From the NCBI GenBank assembly GCA_964016885.1, contig OZ024751.1, positions 23,746,001 through 23,810,000 of the forward strand: a stretch of DNA of 64,000 nt, in the 5' to 3' direction. Below are positions 1-12,199 of this stretch, piece after piece. A program made the translations under genes and the position numbers. Position 1 is the first letter of the stretch. Each line of letters begins with the position of its first letter. A model generated the notes under the pieces. It was not told where the DNA came from and did no database searches. It saw only the letters and a list, made by a program, of their open reading frames with translations. The DNA is from Eledone cirrhosa. Its lineage: Eukaryota.

Positions 1-193
1 GTCTCTCTTTTATGTTTTTTTATGTTTTTTTTATATTTCTTGTGGATACATTCTTATTAGTATGTCAAGGTTGATACCTTCCTTTAATTACTTCCTCCCT
101 TACCTCCTTTACTTCTGCATCTGAATGTAAGTGTGTGTGGGCGTGTTTATGTGAGCGCCTCAATATCCATATAGTTATAATAATAATATATTT

Positions 194-196
194 GTA

Positions 197-275
<79 letters not shown>

Positions 276-303
276 GTGTGCATGTATGTATGTGTATGTA
301 TAT

Positions 304-349
<46 letters not shown>

Positions 350-356
350 GTGTATG

Positions 357-394
<38 letters not shown>
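194..394. repeat. (TG)n/(TA)n microsatellite, representative of dozens in the window
   Basis: Seen directly. Similar tracts at about 2540, 3270, 8910, 9590, 11000, 11520, 12120, 21100, 23250, 33980, 36950, 47340, 48960, 49910 (GA)n and 59020. Confidence 0.99.
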
Positions 395-397
<3 letters not shown>

Positions 398-968
398 TGT
401 CTGTAGATTGTAGACATTAGCCCTAAATTTTTATATTTACATACACTTTTTCAACATGCGTATACATATGAATATACAATTTTATGCACATCTGTGAACG
501 GATTTACATACATATATACACACACCTAACTGTATTTTCTTGATAAATTTTTATGTATTTCATTGGTCTATTTAAAATCTGTTCCCAAACAGACCTGTAA
601 TTTTGAATTATCGTTATTATCAATACATATGCATCATTATTTCTGAAGACAGCATATATATGTGAAGGTATGTATATTCTCTTTGGTAGTTTGTATAATT
701 TTGTACATAGATCTTTTGAATATGCATACCAATTCTAACACATATATGTCCTAGAAACGATCGTAAAATAATGAACTTTTTTTGTTTAATATAAGGAACT
801 GTTTCTTTGTTTATTCATTATTTTTTTAATAATTTATCTTGACTCTGTATTCCGTTTATCTTTCACCGAAAGTGATTTTTGAATGCATCTCTTCTTTTCA
901 TGATATCCGGATTACATTGAGTTCTTCATACGGATTGGACACTACCGTAAACTTTTGGTAGATTTATC

Positions 969-1009
<41 letters not shown>

Positions 1010-1388
1010 CAAAGGGCGGAAGAACTCATAAGAGTCAACGGCCATCCAAAAGTGTGTAAATATGTATATACACATGTACCGCACGGTTAAACCACTGGGA
1101 GTGAAGGACACCTAGCCTTTGTCAGGGCATTCTTCTAGGAGAAGGCAACTCAGGAAACTGGGATGACTCCGATATAAAGCCTGCGGCTCAGTAGTTACCA
1201 ATGATGTTGAACTTTTCTTCTTTCGGGTTATAGCTACTGTCGCTCAGAGAGTGGGATTGGCTCAGTGCACAGTCTTTCCTCACTTTAAAAAATATCTTCA
1301 TGCACAGGCATTGCACGATAGAATTACATAATACTTATTAATAATGGTATATCACGCAATGGCCATACTCGATAACGAGGGGGCAGCC

Positions 1389-1390
<2 letters not shown>
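1010..1390 (+). mobile_element. Dispersed non-autonomous retroelement, probably RTE-related (family A), partial copy
   Basis: Clearly similar to minus-strand copies at about 17870-18296, 21795-22375 and 46110-46650 (ctagcctttgtcagggcattcttctaggagaaggcaactc ... ggccatactcgataacgagggggcagccat). Flanked by (TA)n. Confidence 0.65.
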
Positions 1391-1432
<42 letters not shown>

Positions 1433-1433
<1 letters not shown>

Positions 1434-1810
1434 GAGGGCACTCCCAAAAGTAAGGTCTCCTTCCGATATTGCAACTTTTCCGTTAAAATCCTGTGGATGG
1501 TGCTTCGGGAAATCTCAGGAAACAAAGTGCAGAGAGCATCCAGAGTGATCCGCCGATCTTTGGGCATGTTTTCCTCGGAAGGAGACCTTAATTTTGGGAT
1601 TGCCCTCGTATATAATAACTTGGCAGCAGCGTTCAACGGGAGCTCCATTCTCAACGGCTGCCAAGCCAAGATTGAGCATCCCAGCGAAGCGCGCGAATGC
1701 TTGTTTGGGAGTGAAGGAAGCAACAATCACAACAGTGTTGCCAACAGCCGTACAAACAGTTTCTCTGCGTCCCCATCGCTTTGGAGACCTTACTTTTCGG
1801 ATTACCCTCC
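1433..1810 (-). mobile_element. Internally deleted mariner element
   Basis: About 28-bp TIRs (cgagggcactcccaaaagtaaggtctcc / ggagaccttacttttcggattaccctcc) with TA flanks. Minus-strand mariner-like HTH fragment DRRITLDALCTLFPEISRSTIHRILTEKLQYRK. Confidence 0.85.
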
Positions 1811-1873
<63 letters not shown>

Positions 1874-1874
1874 T

Positions 1875-1905
<31 letters not shown>

Positions 1906-1948
1906 TAGTTTTGCGAGGTTTTTTATATGAAATCGTGTGTCGAAACAA

Positions 1949-2467
1949 ATATTGTTATACTTGGGGAGGGTCATATTTGTGTAATATTGCCAGAATTAAT
2001 AACAGAACACACTCACTGTTTGGTTGGTTTTCGCTTCTCACTGTCTTTTATATCGGTAATCTAACTTACTCGGTCCTCAATGTTGCCATTGACTGACCGA
2101 CGGTCAAAAATTATACAGATACAATATAGACACAAACACATATATATAGTTTATCATAAATCTTTCGTTGCACATCTGCAACATCGTCAGTGGTGTTATA
2201 TTTTCCTCCTGTTGTGTTGTATGTCTACGCCATTTTTATTCAGTCTGTCTATCTCTCTATGATAAACTATATATATATGTTTGTGTCTATATTGTATCTG
2301 TATTATTTTTGACCGTCGGTTAGTCAATGGCAATATTGAGGACCGAGTAAGTTAGATTACCGATATAAAAGACAGCGAGAAGCGAAAACCAACCAAACAG
2401 TGAGTGTGTTCTGTTATTAATTCTGGCAATATTACACAAATATGACCCTCCCCAAGTATAACAATAT
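1949..2467. repeat. Fold-back inverted repeat (about 210-bp arms, about 100-bp spacer) of a TG-starting LTR-like repeat
   Basis: 1949-2158 is the near-perfect reverse complement of 2258-2467. Related unfolded copies start tgttatactt(g/t)gggagggtcat at about 49036 and 62381. Confidence 0.9.
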
Positions 2468-2552
2468 ATATATATATGTATATATAGGTTTCGAGCAGTA
2501 GTAGCCCAGGCCATGTCTAACTTAATAGAAGCACCTGGCATATATATCTATA

Positions 2553-2684
<132 letters not shown>

Positions 2685-3262
2685 CATATATATATTTGTG
2701 TGTGTGCGTGTGTTTATGTTTACTATTTGTTTTTTATGTCTCCTTAATATATAGCAGTGTGACAAAAAGCGATTAACAAATTACACAAAATACTTTAAAA
2801 ATTACGTACTGGAGGCGGTATCATTGAGTAATGCTTCTATTGTGGAGTACTCGCATGGCTGCCATCATCGGATTGAAATCTCTAAAAGAATAAGAGAGAT
2901 TGATTCGATATCCTTCTCTCACAATCAACTGTAATCAAATGAATTATGCTTGCAGCATTACAACAACAGCAATCACCAACAACAACACAATGTTGAACTA
3001 GAAAGATTGGATACACTAATCTAGTTATCTAACTTCTATAATAAACTGTAGCAGGGATGATGTTAATTATCTACAGGAAGACTTTCATATTTTTGTTTCC
3101 TCTGGAGACACTTTTCTTTTACTCTGGATACACTCAAAAACCTTTGTTAGCTTCAATTATTACGTGTTAGTAATAACTTCACGCTGTAATTATACATTGA
3201 CGATGTCTCATGTACAAAAAAGCTTCCACAACAATTGTAGTCGATTCTTATTCATGTTTAAT

Positions 3263-3368
<106 letters not shown>

Positions 3369-3481
3369 ATATATATTATATATATATGTATATATATAAA
3401 GTAAAAATATATATATACATATATATATACATATATATATATATATGTATATTTATATTATATATATATGTTATGTATAAA

Positions 3482-3587
<106 letters not shown>

Positions 3588-4788
3588 TTGTTTTACTAGC
3601 AAGATCACATTGTTGTATGTTTCATATTATTTATTCTATTACTACTTTGATCCCTGAATTTAAGTATACATTCTCCCAGTGGATACATCTACGTGGTAAA
3701 CTAATAAATAATTAAACATCTCAACTATCATATTGACAATATAAGCCCATCCCGTCCTCAAACCTGACATTCATACTCAGGACAATTATTTGAATTAGAT
3801 AATGTTTCATCACCATGAATATATTAGACAACATCCATTATGGTTTTCTGTTTTTGTTTTTTCTATTCATTTCTATTTGGTAATAGTATAGTTGTTAACG
3901 TTGTTATTCTTATTGATATTTCTCAGTATGTAATGTGAATCTAGGATTGTCGTTGGTTGTTTTTTTTTATGTTCCGACTGTTACTACTCTTCTTGTTGAT
4001 ATGGTTTTCTTTTTAGTTACTTACGGATATATATATATACATATAGTTGCGTTTATACTGAATGGTTTCATTTCGTATCATCCAGCTACGTCTAGATTCT
4101 TCTATTGCTGCTTTATATATTTCGTTACTTTACAATTACCTAGAAATATTGAATAAATGAATGAGTTATTAATTTACCACCCAAGAAGGTAAAACAAGTG
4201 AATGAATATTAGTACTGGAATAATAAAACAGGAATTATGAGTTCCACTACATATTTGGGAATCTAACGATCATTTGGATACACAACCCGCTCATAAGTAA
4301 GGAAATATTTACTAGTAACAATAAATACTTTTACCAACTCAATTTTAATGTCTTGGACAATAACAACATCACTTCTATTCAAATATATTTTACCTCTGTA
4401 AAACGGACCAAAATAACAATTCTCATGAAGGTATTAGAGTTTTCATGTTTTTCGATGAGAGAACTTTTCCGAAGATTTTCACTCCGTAATCTCAATGCAA
4501 ACTTAAAGTTAGATTTCACCGTTTTAAAAATTATATCATTCTATATTGTATTTTCCTGATCTAATTTGATAATGTTTTCGAATATCACGAATAACCTTCA
4601 TTTTATGGAAAATATATTTTAATAAATATAAAGTGTAACAGATTTACCCAATTTAGTCCACATATAAAGTTTAACATATATACACAGTTTAACACATAAA
4701 TAGACTGTAGCAAATGAAACAAATATAAAACTTAAAAACATTGATATTTATGATCATTACTACACACTTCGACTTACAGCAAAGAAGG

Positions 4789-6024
4789 ATGGAGCTTAAA
4801 ATTTCCGAAATAATACAGATAATGCTATTAACGTTGTATTTTGCTTTGATTATGTCTCCGAATATATCGGTAGTAAAGTCCCAAGCTACATACGACGATG
4901 AAAAACTACTGCATGCTAAATTGTTGTCCAACTATAACAAAGATATAAGACCAGTTATTAACGTGACTACTACTGTTGAATTATATACTTTGTTATATCT
5001 TAACACGCTCTATGACTTGGACTTTGTAAATAACATACTTAAGAGCCAATTCTACTTTGGAATAATGTGGTCTGATCAACATATGACCTGGGACCCAGAG
5101 GAATATAACAACATTACATCTATATATCTACCGAAAAATAAGATATGGATGCCAAATATAGCAATGTGTAATTCAATGAAAGAATCAGAAGATGCAGACA
5201 GTTCTTCAGAAGTCAAAATCTCTTATACTGGATTGATAGAATCATGGTCACCGAAATCGTTACAAACATTTTGTCAAGTAAATGCTTACACCTATCCATT
5301 TGATGATCATATGTGCGAAATTTATGTCTGTGTCGCAATGCACACTGCTGTACATACGAGAATAAAAACACTCACATACGAGGATTTCAATTTTATAAAA
5401 AACTATAAATGGCATATTCAATTAACTGGTGTAGTCAATGGCACAGGTGACGACTTCAGCTACGCATTTGCTCAGATGTTCTTACGACGTAAAGTCACTG
5501 TAGGTATTATTGCGATGTTGAGCCCTTCAATCATGATGACACTTTTAACTATCTTTGTGTTTCTTCTGCCCCCTGAATCAGGAGAGAAAGTCTCTTTAGC
5601 AACAACGATATTTTTATCAAATGTCTTATACCTCGTTCAAATAGATAAAACGACGCCTAAAAACTCAAAATACCCTTCACTTCTGATGTTGTATTTAATG
5701 TTGTTATCAATGTTCAGTGGAGTTGCCACACTTGGTTCAGTGGTTATAAGTAAATTGTATGTTAACCAAACAGCTAAAGAAAAGAACTCATCGGATTTAG
5801 ATCAAAATAATACCAAACCTCACGGTAACAAAATTGCTGATGTTTCACTAATTTCCACAGCCCAACCTTATCCTGCCATGACACAGGAAAGGTCAAAGTT
5901 AAAACGATGGTTTTACATCTCTGACTACGTACGACTTGACAACATTTTTCTAAAACTTAGCGTTGTAACATCAATAATAATTGCAATATTATTTGTAACT
6001 TTATTGTTTACACCTCTGGATTAA
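4789..6024 (+). CDS. Intronless Cys-loop ligand-gated ion channel subunit, cephalopod chemotactile-receptor (CR)-like, copy 1 (411 aa from ATG 4789)
   Basis: Signal-peptide-like N-terminus (MELKISEIIQIMLLTLYFALIM), EKLLHAKLLSNYNKDIRPV helix, WDPEEYNNI, IWMPNI and Cys-loop C-x13-C (CQVNAYTYPFDDHMC, 5272-5316). Also LRRK pre-M1, LPPESGEKVSL M2 and four hydrophobic TM segments. No vicinal CC in loop C, no loop B Trp. The ORF track starts at a TTG (4741); ATG 4789 aligns with the paralog's upstream ATG. Confidence 0.93.
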   Translation: MELKISEIIQIMLLTLYFALIMSPNISVVKSQATYDDEKLLHAKLLSNYNKDIRPVINVTTTVELYTLLYLNTLYDLDFVNNILKSQFYFGIMWSDQHMTWDPEEYNNITSIYLPKNKIWMPNIAMCNSMKESEDADSSSEVKISYTGLIESWSPKSLQTFCQVNAYTYPFDDHMCEIYVCVAMHTAVHTRIKTLTYEDFNFIKNYKWHIQLTGVVNGTGDDFSYAFAQMFLRRKVTVGIIAMLSPSIMMTLLTIFVFLLPPESGEKVSLATTIFLSNVLYLVQIDKTTPKNSKYPSLLMLYLMLLSMFSGVATLGSVVISKLYVNQTAKEKNSSDLDQNNTKPHGNKIADVSLISTAQPYPAMTQERSKLKRWFYISDYVRLDNIFLKLSVVTSIIIAILFVTLLFTPLD

Positions 6025-6144
6025 GTAATTCTAAAATATTGAAAAGTGAATCCCAAGTATTTTGTCAAAAATTACTGAAAGCAGATTTCGAAAAAAAATG
6101 CCTTTCAAAATATGTGAAACTTAATAACACATACACAAACAGGA

Positions 6145-6156
6145 AATAAAAATAAA
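6145..6156 (+). terminator. Candidate polyadenylation signals for CR copy 1
   Basis: Two adjacent AATAAA about 120 nt after the stop codon, followed by GT-rich sequence. Weak evidence in an AT-rich background. Confidence 0.35.
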
Positions 6157-6489
6157 TGTCTCATACCTTTGGATTTGTGCTTTTGGACAATGTAATCAAA
6201 AGGAGGATATCTCTTTTACAACGTAAACTCATTTTTTAGCTTAGAGTGAATCACTACTCTCACCTCCAGAGTTATTTTAAGAACTTTAAACTATCTATTG
6301 TATATATCTTAATTGATGTCTAGTTAAATATTGAACTATCCTAATCAAATCATAGGATAAAAAAACTCTGAATGAGGTTTTTCTATTGCATATAAATATC
6401 TATAAATTATTAGTTCAATTAGGCAAAATTTACATATATTTAAGTTGTTATTTGTCCTTATTTTCTTTGGAACTGGTACATTGCCTGAA

Positions 6490-6910
6490 AAGTGTTACCA
6501 ATTTTATGATGACAATTACTAAATAATTTATTTTGTTGTTGATTAAATTGTCATAGTTTGTGATTATGTGAAGTTACTCCTCATTGCAAAGCTTGCAAAG
6601 TTCTGAGATTGTTGGGTTCCGGTAAGGGGTAGCTTAACGTAATTTCCTCCAAGAGATGGAGTATTTAATGTTATTATCTTTTAAAGACCATAATAATTGT
6701 GAAAGTGAAGTTGAACATTTTTTTATCCGGTCTATTAAAAGTATGTCTGTGATTAACCAACGTTCCTTAAATTTAGATGAAGTGACACTTATGTAATTAT
6801 ATATATTATCATTTGCCTTAATGGTACATTTATATACAATATTTTTATCAAGGCAATTATTTTGTAAAGGGCATTCAGACCTATTTCTACAATTACATTT
6901 ATTCTCATTG
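6490..6910 (-). mobile_element. Degenerate Penelope-like element GIY-YIG endonuclease fragment
   Basis: CNCRNRSECPLQNNCLDKNIVYKCTIK...YISVTSSKFKERW...STSLSQLLWSLKD...SISW, then PY...CKLCNEE and NCHH further on. Homologous to the ORF at 12779-13486. Confidence 0.8.
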
Positions 6911-7766
6911 TTATTTAGCTTGAAAGAACATATATAAAATATAAAATATGGATTAATAAATAATAATAAATAGTTTAATAATACATAGACTATCATTAAA
7001 AGTAAACTATATATATATATCAGAATAATTAAATATAGAAGTAAATATAACCATTCATTAAACGAAATAAAATTTATGGAGAGTAAATATAACCACAGTT
7101 AGACTCTAACAAATAAATAAAAATTAAAAGTTTCACAAAAAGTGATTTTTAAATTTTAAATTAATTTAGATAATAAATGAACAAAATATATTATATATAT
7201 TGATGGGGACATATGTATTTTAATATATTTTAATATATATTTAATAGTTATTTAATCAGGCCTTAAAGATAAATTGTTTTAAAATTGTGGTATAATATTA
7301 ATAAAATATCTTACCTTATAATAAAAAAAATTGTCATAATCTAGAATGAGCAAAATTAAATTAAATTAATTTAAGCATATAAATTTGTAATTAACTTAAA
7401 TATTTAAATTGCTATAGAAAGTAATCTATGCCTAATAATCTGGATATAATATAGATTTATAATTAACTAAATCGTAATCCAATACAAGCGGTATTCACTG
7501 ATAAATATTAGGAAAACATTTTGAATTTTGAATTTTGTATAGCATTTGAATACAACGGTTTTTTATTCTCCCCTCTATTTTATCATTTCCTTTTCCTTTT
7601 CTTCATTTTTCTTCATTCCCCTTCTTTTTTCTTTTTTCTCGCCGCATCTTCCCTTTCTTCTGTTTTTTATTCCCCTTCTCTCTCTGCATCTTCTCTTTTG
7701 CTTCTTTTATTCATTTATATATTTATTTATTTATTTATTTATTTATTTGTTTATTTGTTTATTCAT

Positions 7767-7797
<31 letters not shown>

Positions 7798-7900
7798 TTT
7801 GGTTATTTGCCTTCTTTTTCTTCGCATCTTCCATCTCAACTCCCCTTCTATATTTCTACCTTGCTCTACGTTCTCTTCTTCTCTAAGTTTATCATATTAT

Positions 7901-8093
7901 TGGCGGTGGATTGGCAGTATCGGTAGAGGGTCAGACGCCATGCTTTTCAGCATAGAGTTACGGCCCTTTATGGTCTGAGTTCAAATCCCGCCGAGCTTAA
8001 CTTTGCCTTTCATGCTTACAGGGTCGATAAAATAAAGTACCAGTAATGCACTGGAATAATTGCTGGCCTTGTGCCAAAAGTAGAAACAATTAT
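7901..8093 (+). mobile_element. tRNA-derived SINE (most abundant family in the window)
   Basis: A-box-like tggcagtatcgg, B-box gagttcaaatccc, central gcctttcat...ggggtcgataaaataaagtaccag, tail ggccttgtgccaaaagtagaaacaatt. More than 15 copies in the window. Confidence 0.85.
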
Positions 8094-8192
8094 TTGTGTT
8101 ATAAAAACGTTGTGGGTTGGTGAAATAAATTACTGCCACTATTGGAATTGAATAATCTAAACCGTATTGGTATGTCACATATCCAATCTCTC

Positions 8193-8261
8193 ATATATTT
8201 TATCTGATGAAAACGTACTTAAACACCATTCTACCTTTGAAATATGTATAATAAAATATAT
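8193..8261 (+). ncRNA. Minimal type I hammerhead ribozyme motif (AAUAAA-overlap family)
   Basis: atatattttat-CTGATGA-stem II (aaacgta...taccttt)-GAAA-tatgta-TA-ataaaatatat. Stem I is 11 bp; stem III is near-palindromic. Confidence 0.65.
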
Positions 8262-8273
8262 ATTTTGTTTATG

Positions 8274-8455
8274 GGCAGAGCTCAAGCCGTTTCGACGGCT
8301 ATTTCTGGAGTATTTCTGTCCAGAAATAGCCGTCGAAACGGCTTGAGCTCTGCCGTCGGGGTCTTGAACATTTTCCTATTACCCACTCTACTACCCAAAG
8401 TACTCTGGTGTGTTATGGTCCACCTGGTTCCTTGCCACACTTCCTTCGTTATATA
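8274..8455. mobile_element. Short hairpin-ended repeat (family B) with fold-back end
   Basis: Arms at about 8274-8309 and 8319-8354 are reverse complements. Related copies at 42483-42690 and 45903-46100. Confidence 0.8.
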
Positions 8456-8936
8456 TATATAGTATCTATATATAGAATAAATATTCTATATATGCATACT
8501 ATATATATATACATACATATATATATATATATATTTAATACAATAACAGAGAAAGCTTTAAGCTAAACTCTGACTGGCTATCATCTCACTCAACAAACAT
8601 TAGGATATACGTTAGTATAATCCCAATTTTGTGTTTGGGGTGCTAACTATATGTATTTTGTGGAAAGCCAGTTGTATTATTTTATATGAGATATAATTAA
8701 AATTAAAATATATCTCTCTTTCCAAACAATTGTTTCATTATAAGTTTTCTACAAGTTGGGAGAATATTTCCGGTTTATGTAGAAGCCTACATATTTTTCT
8801 GTATGAACACATGCAGGTGGCTACTTATAAATCATCAGTGGATGCCCATTAAACTTTGATATAAGAAAAAATTTCTTACCGCAGTTATTTTTCGTGTCAG
8901 CTAAGTCATATATATATATTTATATATATATATATC

Positions 8937-9023
<87 letters not shown>

Positions 9024-9134
9024 ATATATATATATATATATTGAGTATATGGTGGTTGTTTACCGACACCTTAGTAGGCAGATTGGAGAACTCGACGAAG
9101 TACGCAGGTTGGTTTGGTTACTCCGGAGTAATGT

Positions 9135-9727
<593 letters not shown>

Positions 9728-9892
9728 ACACATACTCTAATTCTTGAATCACCAAGTCTAACGAGAATATTGATACTGGCATCGATTCCATTAGCCTTTC
9801 ATCTGTGAAACGTCGGTAACAGTTCGATAATCAATAAAAAAAACATGAAAGGAAATTCTTTCGACTTTCCCTTCAGACACTCACACACACAC

Positions 9893-9956
<64 letters not shown>

Positions 9957-10037
9957 TTCGGAAAAGATTGTTTTGGTAAAAACAGGAGTAAGCAGGAGAA
10001 AGCTCTCAACAATCGTTGTTTTTAGTTACGATGGAGA

Positions 10038-10085
<48 letters not shown>

Positions 10086-10198
10086 TTATTTTTATTTTTA
10101 CTTTTATTTTTATTCTTATCCTTTATCGTCTATTATTACCTTTCATTCTTCAACGTCTTGGATTTGTTATTGCTTGTATGGTATGTAATTAACCTTTA

Positions 10199-10244
10199 TG
10201 CTCTGATGAGTCCCACTTATAGTGCGGATGAAACAATGTTAGCA
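10199..10244 (+). ncRNA. Minimal hammerhead ribozyme motif
   Basis: tgct CTGATGA gtcc-cact(tat)agtg-c-ggat GAAA c(aat)g TT agca. GUU cleavage triplet, 4-bp stem I. Confidence 0.6.
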
Positions 10245-10989
10245 AGTAAAGATATGCATATGCTATAAGCGTTCTTTGTTATTTATTATATATATATATT
10301 TATATACATATATATATTTAAGCGTTTGTGTACATGTAAATATTCAGAGTCACGTAGATAAGTAGAAGAGGACCCATATCGAATCTCCTGAGATATTAGC
10401 TGCATATTTCTTTGAAACATAATATGAATACATTGTGTACTAGATCAAGCTCTTTAATATAGATATATGAATGTATACGGCTGTACAAAAATAATTATAA
10501 ATATATCACATTGACATTCAATAAATAGAATAATAGCATTGTTGATTTAAAGATAAATATAAAGGTCATATTAGTATGTGCACGAAACCATACATATATA
10601 GATATATTTGTGTATGGTTTGCCTAATAAAATGATTGTTCAAATATTCTGAATAATATATATATATATATAAAATTGAAAAAGTGGAGAATTACATGGTC
10701 AACAGTACAAAAAGGGGGATTTATATTCAGTCTAACGATTGTTTCACTGATAGAGTTGTCTAAAAATTGCTGAACACTAAAAGTAGTGCCACTCAGTTTT
10801 AAATACGATGTAAACTCAATTAGATCATTGGAAACTGTTCAAAAATATATATATGTAACCGGCAAATTTTCAAATTCAAATTACATCATCAATTGGATTA
10901 CCTACAACGATATTTTGTTATCCTTCATAGATATATTTGTATGTGTTTTTATAAATATATTTGTATGTGTCTCTATATATATATATTTC

Positions 10990-11106
<117 letters not shown>

Positions 11107-11510
11107 GTGTGTGTTTATATATATATATATATATATATATATGTTCATGTACTGAACATATAAATATATATATATATATATATATATTACACGACTTATT
11201 TAGTTCATGGTTGCTATAATCAAATGAATATTCAAATTGTCTGAATATAAAAAAAATATATATACATATTTATATTATACGACGTATTTGTGCACGCTAT
11301 GTATTGCACTATATTTCTGAATAAAATGTCTTGAAGGAAATTTATTTGTCTTTCCGTTCTTTGCAATTTCAAATTTTTGAAGATAATATAATTGTTGTTG
11401 TTTTCGTTACAGAGACCTAAGTTTAGCCTTAACCTAATTTTTAAGTAAAATCTCCCAGACACGAATACACAATCAAATATTCACGTGAAATACTTGATGA
11501 GGATGATACA

Positions 11511-11599
<89 letters not shown>

Positions 11600-11604
<5 letters not shown>

Positions 11605-11853
11605 TTTGTATATGTATAATAAAGCCAAAACAATGCAGGTATGGACATAGAATAAAGAATGCAAATGCAAAAGATATCGTTGACAATTAGTCTTTTACCT
11701 TAGATTTATTTAAATGTCCTTAATTTTCGAGATAATATCTCTTCTTCGGAGGGATGTAAAGCGGTTAAACCAGTGTTCTAAATAGCTGGCCAAGTCATGC
11801 CGACAGCGTTTATACCTCATTACACAATGCTTCAAGTGGTCCATAACTTCCTC

Positions 11854-11857
<4 letters not shown>
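11600..11857 (-). mobile_element. Dispersed pLTR-like repeat (second copy at about 49394-49623) with hammerhead-like motif
   Basis: About 200 bp nearly identical to 49394-49610, flanked by (TA)n. Core reads CCGAAGA here and CTGAAGA in the 49.5-kb copy. Confidence 0.7.
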
Positions 11858-11923
<66 letters not shown>

Positions 11924-12112
11924 TGTGTGTGTCGGATTGTAGCTAAGATGCTTCCATAGGAGGTATGCTTGTTAAGCACTCTATGCTCTTACAGAGCAGA
12001 GTATGATATTTATATAAAACGAAAAGTCACGTCGAACATGCGGGTCCAGAATCAGACGGATCCACAATTGTAACACACAATAAATTGAGTTCAGATGCAT
12101 CACTAATTTTTC

Positions 12113-12195
<83 letters not shown>

Positions 12196-12199
<4 letters not shown>

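Noticed and set aside
65-420. Many 60-180 aa ORFs of YI/CV/HT/VV repeats throughout the ORF track
   Set aside because: They are translations of (TA)n, (TG)n and (TAG)n microsatellites, which lack stops in some frames. No coding signal.
1344-2096. 250-aa ORF
   Set aside because: A chance chimera of a retroelement tail, (TA)n, antisense mariner sequence and an LTR-like repeat.
4741-4788. 16-aa N-terminal extension of CR copy 1 from the ORF track
   Set aside because: It begins at TTG. ATG 4789 has good context and matches the paralog's homologous ATG. ATG 4750 cannot be fully excluded.
7901-7995. tRNA-like A/B boxes
   Set aside because: They are SINE heads followed by the SINE body; no complete cloverleaf.
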